Shown here: positions 23,954 to 37,230 of the stretch, one piece after another
How the letters are laid out: every line of letters starts with the position of its first letter
Position numbering within the stretch: the stretch's first letter is position 1
NCBI RefSeq assembly: GCF_036321535.1
Contig: NC_087436.1
Coordinates: 107,944,001 to 108,008,000, forward strand
Reading direction: 5' to 3'
DNA: 64,000 bases
Origin: Camelus dromedarius
Lineage: Eukaryota
Made by a program: the position numbers and the translations under genes
The notes under the pieces: model-generated
Seen by the model: the letters and a program-made list of their open reading frames with translations, nothing else
Databases searched by the model: none
What the model was told of the DNA's origin: nothing

Positions 23954-24428
23954 TGTAAGGGAGAACTTTTCCTTTTTCCCCCTCCAGGTTCTTTGGCTGA
24001 TCTAATAATTAAATACATAAGACAGATGAACAGGAGAAAAAAAACAAATTTAATTTCATATGTACAGGAGCCCCAAAGATAGAAGACTCAAGGGCAAGTC
24101 AGCAAGCCGGGTAATTGAGGTGTACCAGCCACCCTGGGCTATATGGGATCAGGCCTGGGGCTCCACAGGGGAGGAGGGAAATCCACAGGTTGATAAGAAG
24201 GCAGATGTTTTAATTAGAAGTTTGCCCTACCGTGCCGACAGGTCTTTCAGTTAAGAAGTTATCTCTGGTAATAGCTGTCTTTCTGGTCCAGGCTCCCTTT
24301 CTTTTAGGTCATTGAGGGAGAGGTAGAAGTTTTTCTTGAGTCTGCTGGACCTTGATTGCTTTTCAGCTCAGAATAATCTGCGTGCCAAAATGGCACAGTC
24401 TGGGGTCGTGAATTCTGTGCGCCCCTGA
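23954..24428 (-). mobile_element. MER34/MER39-like ERV1 solo LTR
   Basis: Starts tgtaagggag; 'aagacagatgaacaggagaaaa...ttcagctcagaataatc...tgccaaaatggca...tggggt'; imperfect TSD ctcc/ctgc. Confidence 0.8.
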
Positions 24429-24954
24429 CTGCAGTTGTGGAAACACTTGCTGATTCTGTTTGACCTGTGGACCTCTTCTGCCTTTTGCAAGGATAATCAA
24501 AATATTCAGCAGCCCGAGGGGCAGAGGTGTCAGCCTGATGGAAATGGAGGCCGGCCCACCGTGCTGGAGCAGGGGCCTACCAGCCGTGGGCATGAACATC
24601 AGGCATTCATTCACCTTTTTTATCCAATCATGGGAAATTCCGAGGGAAAAGAAAAAAGTAGGTGGGCTAGAGGGGATTTTATTCTTTGTCTAAGACAGTA
24701 GCTACAGAGCAGTTCAGAAATATTTTAACCTCTGGTACAACCTTGTGGATGCTAGCCAGATATCAGCCCTTTCTGATCAGGACCTCCTGGGCCCTGCTAG
24801 CTGTCCCCTTCTCCGAGGGCTGCAGAGATTCCCAGGGGACGGGGTTGCAGCTGCAGGATGAGGATTCGCATTGCTTTTCTCCTTCCCCATGTGTTGCACC
24901 GTGTTCTTGTTTCCCCTTCTGTAATTTTTTTCTTTTTAAATTTGGTAAACTGTT

Positions 24955-25170
24955 ACTTATTTTACTAGTGCTTATTCTAATCCAGGCTGTTTACTAATTG
25001 CTTTACATGCATCATCTCATTTAATCCTGTCAACGGATTTGAAATGTGGTTACGTCTCTTACAGGGGAGGAAATGAGTTCCAGAAAGGTTTTTAAGATCT
25101 TGGCTTGTCCAAGGACATACATGGTAGGCCTGGGATGTGAACCTAGATTTGGCCGACTAAAAAGTCCACA
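24955..25170 (-). mobile_element. MIR
   Basis: 'gctttacatgcatcatctcatttaatcct...ttacaggggaggaaatgag'. Confidence 0.8.
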
Positions 25171-25279
25171 TATTTACAATGATGGCCTATCCAGGCATTT
25201 TATCTTTTTAGTTTAAGCACCTTTAGACTGATGTGTTTTCTCTGGAATAGTCCCTGTTGCCTTAATACCAGGCATCATG

Positions 25280-25280
<1 letters not shown>

Positions 25281-25320
<40 letters not shown>
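25281..25320. repeat. (TG)20 microsatellite
   Basis: Direct observation. Confidence 0.98.
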
Positions 25321-25322
<2 letters not shown>

Positions 25323-26574
25323 ATACAGACAGATCTAGATATCTGTATCCATGTATCTATATTTATGTCTGTATCTATATTTATCTAGAGAGAGGCCCAC
25401 ATAGGCCTTGCAGGCCTTGAGTGTGTGGTTCCTGTCCTATAAGAAAAACATAATTTATTCCTGGAGAGGGCTGTTCTCTTATTTGGAAAAACACTTTAAA
25501 GGGCCCTCGATTACTCGAAGGTGGGCCTCAAGGGCTAGTCTAACAAAGGCAGAATAAGAGGAAATGAGCTGAATTAGTTTGCATGATAAAGTGGCAGTTA
25601 ATTTAGACTGACTTCCAGCAGTTCGAGAAAAGTGTGGGGCCCTGGAATTTGGAAGGAAGTAGAGGCCCAGAACGGTCTTTAGGATAAAGGCCAAGGCAGC
25701 AGGCTGAGATTTAAGGAGGGGGAAGGGGCAGTGAGAGAAAATATCTTAAAGGAGAGAAAGCCTAGAAACTTGAATGTGTCAAAGAATACAGTTTAAGCTG
25801 TGTTTAGTTTTGGATTCGATCTCTAGCATCATTTGTTTCCAGCCTTCCGGGGACCGCTGGGTGTCAGATGTGCTGTGGAGAACGGAGGAGGAGGAGCACA
25901 CGCGGGGGCTTTGCTGAGCGGCCACAGCAAGGGGGTGGTGTGCGGGGTCGGTGAGGGTCCAGCTGGGAGAAGAAACCCGGGGTCAAAAGTGGCAAGAAAA
26001 TACAGGCTACCTCCTCAAGGAGTGTTCAGAAACAAGAACAGCCGTGCTGGACTTCCTCAGGCAAGCAGGATAGATTCTGAAGTCGTATTACTTAAATTGC
26101 TTAGATATTTTAGAAAGCCTGTGACCCCAGATCATGGGAATATATGGGGACACTTATTTAACAGCGTTTTTTCAGTGCTTTGAGGAAACAAAGAATTGCT
26201 TCTCTTCAGATTTTTTTTTTTTTATTTTGGAACTCTTACTTTGTTCTCCCAGTCAGAACAGCTTAACAGCTGTTTCTTTTGCTGTCCCCTACTTTTTATA
26301 AACACCTTTTGCTCTCAATATGTTGCATAAATATCTGGGCAAAGAAAGATGGGTTCCAGTTGGCTTTGATCATTTTTCTTCACAGCGTTGTGTCCTGGGG
26401 GCCTGGGATGGGATCACCTCCTGCTCTATCCTGCTCTGCTTCTGTAAGTATCTTCTAAACCAAGCTCCCTGGGTTGTGTTTCAAGATGGGTTCTCATTAT
26501 CCCCCAATCAACAGCCAGTTACCTTTTCTTTTTTAAGCATCTCAACACATTTGGATTTCCTTGAGGAAACAGAA

Positions 26575-26800
26575 CTAAATTCAGTAATAATGCTCAGCAC
26601 TTAACAGGGTCCCTGTGAGCCAGACACTGGTTCAGGGCCTGGGTGTTAAGCTTCACACCATCACCATGGGGGGTGCTATTGTTCTTATTTTTGTTTTATT
26701 GATAAACTAAAGGAGTGTGGACAGGAGGTCCTTTGACCAAGAGGTCACAGCAGTGTCAGTGGCGGTTAGGACAGACACTCAGGCGATCATATCCCCTCTA
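26575..26800 (-). mobile_element. MIR
   Basis: 'gtgagccagacactggttc...tttgaccaagaggtcacagcagt'. Confidence 0.6.
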
Positions 26801-28679
26801 AGCCTGAAGTCACTGAATGCCCATGACAATATCACCCGAAAGAATTCAGAGACTGGACAGGCTCACTCTTTCCACTGGTTCTCCCAGGGCAGTTCATGAT
26901 TTCTACAAGGGAGGATGACCTGGGAGAGTTCTTAAAGATTATTTAAGCATTTAAAGATGTAGACCATCTCTGTAAATTAGGAGGTACAAATGCTTTTCTT
27001 TCCTTCACTCACTGTGAAGAAAACATGACTCTAAAAAGTTCAGAAAATTCATCTGGGTGAGAAAGCTCAATTTAGAATGACTATGGCATCAAATCTGAGT
27101 GATTCCTAGAATTTTGGTTTCTGCTGCTTGATCTTCACTTAGCTGATTTGGTGAGAGCCATTTTTTCAATGTGGTTGTGTCTTATGCCAAAGGACCCTTC
27201 AGCACCGTCAGGGTCGACCGCAGGCTTTATCAGCATCATTGCCTCGGAGCGGCCAGTGCCTGGGTCTGGTGTAAACAGTTGGAAGAACAGTGCTGGTCTG
27301 CTGTAGAGGTGGTGTTACACCAATGTGCATGTTTTTGCATTCTAGAGACAAAGAATGTAACAGTGGGGAATTTGCAAATTAACGCTGATCCTAGTGATTT
27401 ATATCAAGACTTGATGAGACCAGAGGTAGTATGCCTGCTCTCTACAACCCCCACTTCTGATGTGAAAAAATTTTTATAAAAGTGAGGCTCATTCCTGTTT
27501 CCAATTGGATGGGTTATTTAAATGACCCCTTTCGCCACTTTGTGGCACAAAATTCAACAATTTATTACATCTCCATTGTTTGCAATATATCATGGCAAAT
27601 TGTGATTTAGATTATAGTTAATATAATCTACTGAGGAGGAAAGACACATACGTATATAATTCTGATACAAGTTAGCAATCTAATAATCTTGAAAGCACTG
27701 TAATGAAAGATTCCAGGCTGAGCTATAGATGGGGGTGGAATTCGATTGGAATCTTCACTCTGTTTTGGGGGGAACAAATGCAGTTTGACCTGTGCTCCTA
27801 GACAGTGTCCTCTTACTGTGACTGTTACTGTCGTGGAGAGAGGCAGCGTATTCTATACCTTCTTTTCCTTTCCGTTTCTCTGAGCCCTCCTCCTTCTCAG
27901 TATCCTGTATGCATTATGCAAGCGGCCGTTCTTACTCTTTAAGAATGTTTTAGGGCTCCAACCCTAAAACAGGGGAGATTGATGCCTTTCCTAGTACCCT
28001 GACTTCCCATGGCCAGACATGCCTGCGCTTGGGGCCGTCTGTGCTGTGGATGGGAGCGGCGGCTCCCTGGGGGTATCATGGCGAAGGACGGCAGGCTTAT
28101 TTCTGGTCCTGGAACTGCTTCCTGCTTCTTCCCCTGAATAAACACTCACATATGGCTTGACCCTGATCCCCCTCAGGGAATTAGGGAGAAAGCAATTTAT
28201 ATAACAAATTTCAGTTAGCAGTACTAATAGGGAAGACTTGCTGTGAATTGCCTGAATCCAGAGATGGTTTGCAAACAAAGTCTCAGTTCATTGTATTTGT
28301 CCCAGTTTTGATTTAAGCTGCTGATTAACAGTAGTATGTGTTGATACTTGTAGAAAAGCAAATTGTTTCAGTTACCAAGCCTCAGGAATGTAACTCAGAA
28401 AGCTTTATTTAAAACCAAAATGCAGCTGTGGCCGTCATTTCGGAAACAATCCTTCTAGTCTCATGGCATTTTTGGTGGGGTTGAGATTTATTTTTTTATC
28501 AAATTTGTCAAAGTCACCTTATAGATAGATGCTTAATAGGTTTTATTTTATTTTATTTTTTGTTTTGGTGAGTGTGTGGTTGAAACCTTTCTAGTAATTT
28601 TAAATAGTCATTTGTTATAATTTAGTGTGGGATTTAGAATTCGATACATCAAGATGTGAATTTTAGGTTGATCTCTTTT

Positions 28680-28815
28680 TTTGTTGGGGTTTTTCTTTCT
28701 TTTCTTTTTCCTTTCCTTTCCTTCCCTTTCCTTTTCCCTTCCCATCTTCAGTCTTTCTTCCCTCCCTCCATCATTCCCCCTCTCCCTCCCTTCCCCGTCC
28801 TTCCTTTGTTTTTCT
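28680..28815. repeat. CT-rich low-complexity tract
   Basis: Direct observation. Confidence 0.9.
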
Positions 28816-30289
28816 TGATGATGGACATGATCATAAATAGTAAGTGATTGTGTCTCAATAGGTTAATAAATGATTGAGTCGTCTATTGTTTCTCGTGAGG
28901 ATCCACCTTTCAGAAGTCAAACAGATGAATCATCATTCTGAAAAGAAATTCATTAGTTATTTAGATTTTTTTTCCTCTTCTCATGAATGAGTGCTGCTTT
29001 TATGTGTGACTTAAATTGTTGAAATATGAGACTGCAGAAAAAAAAGAATTAATTTGCAATTATAGCTCCTTGGGATAACGTATGTGGTTCCATCACTAAG
29101 TGCTGACTTTTTAAAACCTTTATATCACCCATCCAGTTTGTTTCTTTAAGCATCACCTTAGGAAAGTCAAATTATTAGCATGTGGAATGTGCTAAACTGA
29201 ATTGTCCCTGCATGCGTCTAGCAGAGAAATCAGCTTCCTGAATTTATGTCTACCAACCAGCCTGCTCCCGCTGCTTTATCTCACTGAAAGGTCATTAAAA
29301 CTACTTTTGTAAACTTACTTTCTTGTGGCTTTGCTGTAAGGACTTGGTGCTCAGCCTGAGGGGGTTCCAGGGACTCCTTCTTTTTAACAAATCTGAAGTC
29401 TAGCCACGGCATCCTTTCCCCAACATTTGATATGTGAATAAAAGTCAGCGTATGAAAGGGGAAAAGAAACATTCCTAGTCTCTCGTCTATTAAAAAACAT
29501 GCCTCTGTTTCTAATACTTCTATTTTCTGGCAACCCAGACATGAGCATGTGTGACAGATGTCCAGTAACCAGAGATTAACCCTGGGATTTCCAGTCTGGC
29601 AGTGTTGATACAAGACTCATACATGAGTGTGTTCTCATTGCTTGTTCATATGGGGCATGGTCACACCCATGGTAGACTTTCATAAAGCATGCATGCAAAA
29701 ATAAGCTTGCCCTAAAAAACACAGTTTTTATGGAAAAGCATGTTTGCATCACTAGGCGCCAAAATAGTTGCTGTGTTGAATATTCTTGATAATAAGGAAA
29801 AAATTCTCTGTGTGTGCCTTGCTTACAAACATTTGAGAACATTTTCACTTTGTGTAGAATAGATTGCAGTATTATGCATGGAAGTGAAGTACGAAACAGC
29901 TTATATGGAATTCAAACAGTTTAGCCATACCTCATAGTGAGGAAGTATGTTGAATACTATAACCCATCTTTGGATGATTCTATACCAGCAGTGTGAGTCC
30001 GTGGGCACATGCAAATATTTATCTGATGTGAATCATGTAACAAAGTCACTACTAGTCTGAGTTTCACAGAATTAATACACTTTTAGCTATGGAAAAACAT
30101 TTATATATTCAGGTATGTTACAGCAAAATCAAAAACTTACTACTTTTGCATTTAAAGCAAAATGGAATTATAGTTTGTTTAATATTCACTTTTTTCAAAC
30201 AAAATTGAGAAATATATAATAAATAAGTCCTTTATTCTGTAAATGTGTTCACAGACCATCTTTAGGCACAATCTCAGAGGCTAATTTCA

Positions 30290-30720
30290 ACTTCCATAGC
30301 TAAAAAGAGTGAGTGGAAATGAGGATGTAGTTTCACGTATGGTTGGATCTAGGAGCTCAAACAAAATCATGATTTGTTTTTCTTTCTTTTTTCCTCCTTG
30401 CTCTGTCCTACTCTCTCTTCCTTTTCTTTGCTCTCAGATCTACTGCTTTGCTTTGGGACTTGACTGGTTTACCCTACACGGTGGGTAAGATTTTAGCACT
30501 CTTAAATTGATCTCATTCCTTTCTTTGTTGTTCAGAAAGGAAAAGTGACATTCTCCTTTCCTATCTATACATCAAAAATATTGGTGGGGACCTGATTATC
30601 TTTACTTGGGTAACAGGCCTGCCCTCTTATGGACAAATAAACATTGAGAGGGGATGGTGCATATTTGATTGTTCAGGTATATGTCACGTGCAGGAAGCAG
30701 AATTCTGTTGCTGTCTACTA
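30290..30720 (-). mobile_element. MLT1 (ERVL-MaLR) LTR, degraded
   Basis: 'atggttggatctaggagctcaaacaaaatcat...ctactgctttgctttggg...cttgggtaacaggcc...tttgattg'. Confidence 0.6.
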
Positions 30721-31087
30721 CTTCCAGGAATATTTAAAATAGTTTTTCCATCAGGTTCTAACATAGGCCATTTGCAAAACTAAATAGATTCAATCTGTGA
30801 GGTTCATAAGCCATTTACATGGATAACACACTCACTAAAAGCTGCCTAGGAATTATATGAAGTTGATTCTGGTTGCCTCTGCCAAAGAATAACTTTTCTT
30901 CATAGAGTAATATTTCTTTGGGTGATATTGTCAAAACAGCAATAGAGACACTTTATATTTTTGCTTAAGATACATGCTTGGGAATTCTGCCTTCATTTCA
31001 TTTATCCATTCATTCAGCACATAGTTCATGAATGCCTGCCATCAGACTGAGAATCACAAGTGAGCAAGACAAACACAGCCTTTACTA

Positions 31088-31382
31088 AAATGTCACTTTC
31101 TCAACAAAACTTTCCTGGCCTCCTCTACTGGCAACCAGGACCCCTCTTCTCTGCCTTTCCCTATGCACCTCTCGTATTCCCTTTCCCTGCTTTTTTTTTT
31201 GTCCCCATAGCAGTCACAGCCATCTGATTACATTTTACTTATTTATTCTTCTCTCTCTCGATTAGGAAGATAAGCTCCTTTAGGTCATATATTTATATTT
31301 ATTTTATCATCGATTATATAGTCAGTGTCTAGGACCCAGTCTGGCACAAAGGAACAATAAATATTGTGTTGAATGAATAGAT
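31088..31382 (+). mobile_element. L2 3' end
   Basis: 'aaatgtcactttctc...gataagctcctt...tctggcacaaagg...aataaatattgtgttgaatgaat'. Confidence 0.85.
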
Positions 31383-31519
31383 GGGGTCCTGGCTGTCATC
31401 TCCATTTTGTCTCTGTCCCTCACATAGGACACTAGGTGTGCTCACTACTGTGCGTTCTAAACTCTTTCTAAGAAGCAAAATGAAGCAGTCTAAATTCACA
31501 GAGGGTGAGGATGGAGATG

Positions 31520-32085
31520 CTAATTGGCATTAGGTGGTACAAGAGGTCTTGCAGAGGAGGTGACATTTGGACCTGAGTGACCAGAGGGCGTGTGCAGGCC
31601 AGTATGTGGGAGAGGAAACGTCACAGTAGAGTGAACAGATGAAAAGGGCTCAGACGTGGGACTGCGTCTGGTCTAGTCAGGGAGTAGCAAGATGGTCAAG
31701 GAGGCCAGAGTGGGCAGTAGGGGTGAGAGGAAGACAGACGAGATGGACGGGGTTCAGAGGGAGCCTCGTGGGTAAGATGGAATTTTATTCTGAGTAGGAT
31801 GAGAAGCAATGTGAGGACTTTTGAGCAGAAAGGTGACACAGTCTGAGCTATGTTTTTAGAAGATTGCTTGGGCTATTGTTTGTCAGCCAAGAAGGAAGAT
31901 CAGTTGGAGCCCATTGTAAGAATTCAGGTGGAAGCCAGAGGCTTTGGACTAGGTAATAGTGGTGCAGGTGGTAAAAGTAAATTCTGGGCATTTTTCAAAG
32001 GTTCGGTCAAAGAAATTTGCTAATGGATTGGATGTGAAATGATAAAAAGAGACATTAAAGATGACTTTAGGGTTTGATTTGACTT
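31520..32085 (-). mobile_element. L2
   Basis: 'gaggaggtgacatttg...ttttattctgagt...ttttgagcagaaaggtgac...tttgctaatggattggatgtg...aaagatgact'. Confidence 0.85.
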
Positions 32086-34195
32086 TTTAATTTGAATGAG
32101 TGTATAAATTCACCAAAGTCTGTTAATCCTTAAAACTAGTGAATTTTGTTCAATTAAAGCCCATTATATAGTTACAAAATCTTTGAGGAAATAAGTTCTA
32201 CTTTTTAGTATTTGAAATATAAGGAGCATAGCCAAAATGAGCATATATAACTGTTGAGGAGAGAAGATAAATTCTAGAACTTTACGCCTTGAACAACTGA
32301 TGACAAAATAATCTTTAATATCTTTGTGTGCCTAACATATGCCCTAATTTTGATGATCTTGAGCAGTTTGTTGTGTGTTGGAAAAATATAGTTGTCCTTT
32401 GTAGCACTGAGAATTGTAGAATGAGGTAGGAGCTGGCTGGTGGCAGGAACAGGCAACTTAGAGTTTAGGAAGATAGAATGTCAGGATTCTCTATACATAA
32501 AAGAAATTAATCAGTTCAAAGATACAGCAAAATAAAATAGTGACTGTAGAACTGTTACATTAGCATCCCAGAACCACATCGATGTCTATATTCGTATGTC
32601 CGTAATGGGTTATGTATGTGACTTCAGTTGTGCACAAGGCATCTACCTTGAGATTTAGGGTCTAAATTTCCTTTAAGAACAAAAAAAGTTTTTACCTGAT
32701 TATTTTTTGATTGTCAGTAGAAATTTCAGAGTATATGACAGCCAATTATCTGAAGTGTGACTGAGATATATCCTCATAGAATTCAAATTCCTTTGTCCAA
32801 GGTCCGGATTTCTCTTTAAGCATAATGTAGGTGAGATGAGGTAATCACACTCATTTAGCAAAGAATGGGGGAAAAAAATCAATAACTTACTTAAAATTAT
32901 AGTTATCTGACATATGAAATATTTTAAACCCTTCTAAATTCTTCATAAAGCTATCTCTTCATCTTAAATACATGAGTTTTATTTTGGACTATGTTTGATG
33001 CAACACCCTTTTAATTCATTTTCTTAAACTCCTTTCAGAAACAAACTGATAACTGGACACTCAGAGTTGCAAAAGTAAAGCTCTAGGGATAACTTTAGGT
33101 AAATGAAGCACTGTTCTAAGGCGGTAGTTAATCTAATAACACAGTAGAGGCCAATTAAATAAGGAAAATTGGTCCTCAAAGGAACCACAAGACAGTCGTT
33201 AATGTGAGTCAGATGTCTCCCTCAGCCATTCTGCCTGCTTGCACAAATTCGTGAAATTTCCTGTCCTTTGCCAGATGTGAAAGGGGGTGACTATTTCAGT
33301 AACAGTTTGTCGAGTTATTTGTGTTTGCATAGAGCTAGTTACTCACACATATTCTTTTTGGTCTTACACTCTACGTCTGATAAAGTTTCCTTTTCCAGGG
33401 GCAGTGATTTCCAGAATCTCCTTTCTGTCTGATGTTGCTTTGGGGTTGGTTACATGAAACTGGATAATCCTACGTAATCCTATCTCTACTCCTCAAATCC
33501 TATAGAGTTTTATTATAATGTTTGTTTTTCTAAATTTTCAGTATTTTCTAATTGCAGTCCTAATAACTATAAACACCTAGTACATTGTAAGAGTATGGCT
33601 TAAATGAGACTCTGGTTTCAATTATCAGTTATAATTAATGTCAAACAAATATGTTGTCTTAAAAGTATCATCAGTAGGAGATTCCAGACATTATTACAGG
33701 AAGAAAAAGTCTTTTGATTCTGATTTAGGAGGAAAATTTTGAAGCTGTATTAAAAATTTGCTTAAAAAGAATGCTAACAGCAAAGGTATATAAAATTAGT
33801 GGTGATAGCAAGTTAACTTGCTTTTAACTTTATTTTAAAATGTCACTTTATTATAAACTAGACTGTATATTAAAAATGCTAATATGCTTCTAAAATTAAT
33901 TTTTATTATAGTATTATAGCTAACTTTTTGAGTTGACTCCTTCATTGCCTAACCATAATTTATACTTAAATTCTACAGAGAGGGAATGAAATGTAGCAGA
34001 AATTGGGCCACTAGAGTTTTAAGTTAAATTCCATTTCAGAGAAATCTAAAAGATTTTCATTTTTTTTTCATTGTGCTAGTAATCAGTTCAGAAAATGACA
34101 AGAAAGTGCTTTTCAGAGTTATCAAGAAATTACATTTTTTCCCCAGCCATTTTTCTTCTCTATTCTTCCTTTATATTTCAAATATCCAATTATAG

Positions 34196-34286
34196 ACGTG
34201 GCATTATGATAAAACTTGATAAGATATTAACTAAAATGTTTGTAAAGACAGCCACTCAACTTTATATCCTCAACAAGAACCTGCAG
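34196..34286 (+). other. Candidate 91-nt exon (host gene unknown)
   Basis: AG-free pyrimidine tract 34147-34193 plus TAG acceptor; consensus donor CAG|GTAAGT; one open frame. Confidence 0.25.
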
Positions 34287-34384
34287 GTAAGTTGAAGCCT
34301 GGTTTGGGATTACTGCTCACATGTGGCTCTGAGTGTTAACTAATTCTTATTCTGGCATTCCTACATCTGGTAAGAATCACACTG

Positions 34385-34700
34385 CAGGTGTTACAGATGA
34401 CCACTGCCCCCAGGAACCAGCCGGGCTGTGTAAACGAGTTAAGCGTCTCCAGTGATATATCAGCACATAGTAAATGGCCCCACCTCTGGTGACATCAAAA
34501 CAATAGTGAGTGGAGAAGACTGTGGCGCACAAGACAGCTCCTGTCCTTTCCGATGGGGCGGCCACTACTCAGCTCTGTGGGCTTATGGCCCCTTGGGTAA
34601 GATGGCCTAGTGTTGCCAGACCTGTTAAGACAGAAGTCTCATTTTAGTGGAGAATCTCCTGATTTTTCAATGTTGGTAACTAATCTTTAAAGGAAATTAT
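34385..34700 (+). mobile_element. MER102-type hAT-Charlie element
   Basis: 'acaatagtgagtggagaagactgtggcg...ccactactcagctc...agtgttgccaga...aatctcctgatttttcaatgttggtaactaat'. Confidence 0.8.
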
Positions 34701-35604
34701 TTGGGCTCGGAAACCTTGTTGAGAATGTTTGAAGGGAAAACCCAACTAAGGTTTTATGGAAACTGAGGTAACTACGTGGGAGATGGTGGGGAGAGGACAT
34801 GATTGGAGGCAGGAAGGAGGTAAGGACCAGATGGCCAGATGAATGATACTGGTGGCCCATATTGGAGCAGTGAAGATGGTTCTGGAGAAAGAATAAAGAG
34901 GTGAGTTGGAGACTTTCAGATGCTAGGACAGGCAGGACCTAGAAGCCAGCTGTGTAGGGATAAGAGTTGGCAGAAGAACTGCAGTTTCAAGTCTCTCTGG
35001 GGCCCTAGGAGGAGAAAGTTGCCAGGGCTCAGGTGGAGTGTGCATGTTTGTATCAGTAATCTGAAATCCAATTATCTGCCTTCCGCAAGTGCAGACACCA
35101 CTTCTGCACACACAGAATAATTATACCATGTATGGGCTCAGTTTTGATTTTTCAATCAGAAGATGCACAGAGACCATTGCTATATTTTCTTGAAAGGTCA
35201 CGGCTTCAGAGGTTTAGACGCTGGAAAGCAAAGATGAAAATAGAAGCAGAGTGATTTTGTAAAACAGATGGGGGGAAAGCAAATAGAGGTCAGTCTACAG
35301 TTGCTGGCAGCAGAGAAGAATGAGAGAAGCAAAGTCAGGGACTAAAATGGTGACCATGTTGCTAGAAAAACAGGAAAGGGGAAATACAGCTGCGAGTCTC
35401 CCCATTTTGAGTTAGCTTGATACTGAAAATTGAGTAACTGTTAGTCCTCTGTAGAGCTTCCTAGAGAAGTGAATATTCTGTCTGTTGCATAAAGACAAAG
35501 TTTAAATTACCTGTGAAATTGTGGAGGTATGCATTATCTCTATTCAGAGACAAAAATAAGAAGAGTTGGTAGCGGGTGAATGTTAGAACAGGGAATTAAA
35601 AACA

Positions 35605-36020
35605 ACAGTCATGTCAATTCAGCCGTATTTACTGGGCGCTGTCAGATACAAGACAAGGCCCTGATGTTTCAATATTAATGAAGACATAGTCCAGGCTCTC
35701 AAGGCAGATAAACATTTAAATAATGAATAGCCATAAGGTAGAACAGATACTGTGTTCGCCATTGTAGAGGTCAAGCTTCAGTGTCCAGGGATAGATAATG
35801 TAAGCGGCGCTGTCCAGTGCTGGAAAGAAGAGCCCGGTTTCCAAAAGAGACATCCTGGTTCAACACAACTGCTCAAAATACAGCTTAGAAATCAATTCAG
35901 GCAATGATTGGAGATGACTGATGTTTCCCAAAGTGAAAATGTAAAGCAGAAAGAATGGTGTGCTAAAGGTGGAGCCCAGAGAAGATTCTTGAAATCCAGT
36001 AAGCAGAGATTTACTAGATC
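35605..36020 (-). mobile_element. Degraded L2
   Basis: 'tatttactgggcgc...atgaagacatagtccaggctctcaagg'. Confidence 0.6.
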
Positions 36021-36431
36021 CACACAGGATAAGCAGTACTTTTGTCATTCTTGGCCTGTTCATTGAGGGGCATTTAAGCAGCTGGGGTCATAGTCCCCGG
36101 AAGGAGGGTAAGGCCAATAAAGATTTGGGCATGATGAAGTTAAATGTGCCATTGAGGGCAAAAGGGGTGCACGCACTGCTCTATAATTAAAATGTAGGAT
36201 GACCTGGGAAGCGGTTTGAAGTTCAGCATAAGTATACATATTGTGCTGAAACCCCTCCCCTCTGCTGTCACACCTTCTAGGTTTAAATCCAGTTCTGACT
36301 CCTTCATGAAGCAAACGGGTTATTAATTCCTCCACTCCTGAGGCCCTCAGGCACTTACGTTCTCTTCCATCCATGACACTTCCTGTTTCACCATCCCGCC
36401 TTATCAGCTTGTGTGTATGATGTTTGATTAC

Positions 36432-36581
36432 CAGGGTGATGATTATAGGTGGTCATCCAAACTGAAACATTCGGGGAGTGAAACTGGGAGAGGAGAGTGC
36501 TGTTGGTGCTATTAATTGTTACTGAGGGACACCAGCATAACTCGGGACTGTCCTGTGCGGTCCAGGCTCTGTGGTCACTGG
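36432..36581. mobile_element. MER94-type hAT-Blackjack MITE
   Basis: 'agggtga...catccaaactg...gagtgaaa...gctattaat...cgggactgtcc...tggtcac'. Confidence 0.75.
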
Positions 36582-36667
36582 ACGTATTTCCCTAACTGGG
36601 CCCCAGGGTTCTTTGACCTCCACGTGGCCTTGCGCAGAGTAGCATCCAATGACCAGGTGAGATGCCA

Positions 36668-36790
36668 CTGAAAGGACTATGGAGATGATTACATGACCCC
36701 AAACTCTTCATCTTTTAGATGAAGAAATGGAGGTCCGGAGAGGTTCTGTGACTTGCCTATGGCTGCACAGCTAGTTCTTAACCTCGCAGG
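36668..36790 (-). mobile_element. MIR/MIR3 fragment
   Basis: 'ttttagatgaagaaatggaggtccggagagg...tgacttgcc...cacagctagtt'. Confidence 0.75.
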
Positions 36791-37044
36791 CCCCTTTTCT
36801 TCATGCCTGGTACCTTGTCTAACCGATACCACAGACTGGTATCTCTTCTCAGATATTGCCACGTGCATATAGCCTGGTTGATTCATAATGTTGTCTTGCT
36901 TCTTTGGCCAGATTTTGATGTTAACTTTTTCTACCTTTTTCTCCCTGGATCCACAGTGACTGATGCTGTGTTGAGCATTTTAAATGCTCAGCAAATGCTA
37001 ATCAAATTAACAGATGATTATTGAAACACTGATTCTTATCAATG

Positions 37045-37230
37045 ACAAGGGACTTGGAAATAATATAGTCCGATGTGCTCATGAATAGTGAGAATGAAAC
37101 TCGGAAAGCATCGTGTGATTTGTTCTCAGGTCAGTCAGCTAGTTAGTGATAAACCCAAAGTAAAAAACTCAATTCTTCAGCATCTTATAATTCCCAGACC
37201 ATTGTTTTCCCTACTGTATCTCACTGCTTC
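37045..37230 (-). mobile_element. MIR/MIR3 fragment
   Basis: 'gtgatttgttctcaggtcagtcagctagttagtga'. Confidence 0.55.

Noticed and set aside
24363..24997. Cluster of ORFs beside the MER34-like LTR (possible gag/env)
   Set aside because: The LTR is solo and no gag, pol or env motifs are visible.
25840..25990. GC/CpG-rich patch as a CpG island
   Set aside because: Only ~150 bp and next to probable L2-derived sequence; too short to call.
28020..28100. CpG patch with a 6-bp hairpin and ATGGCG
   Set aside because: The ORF closes after ~19 codons and a 6-bp stem is expected by chance.
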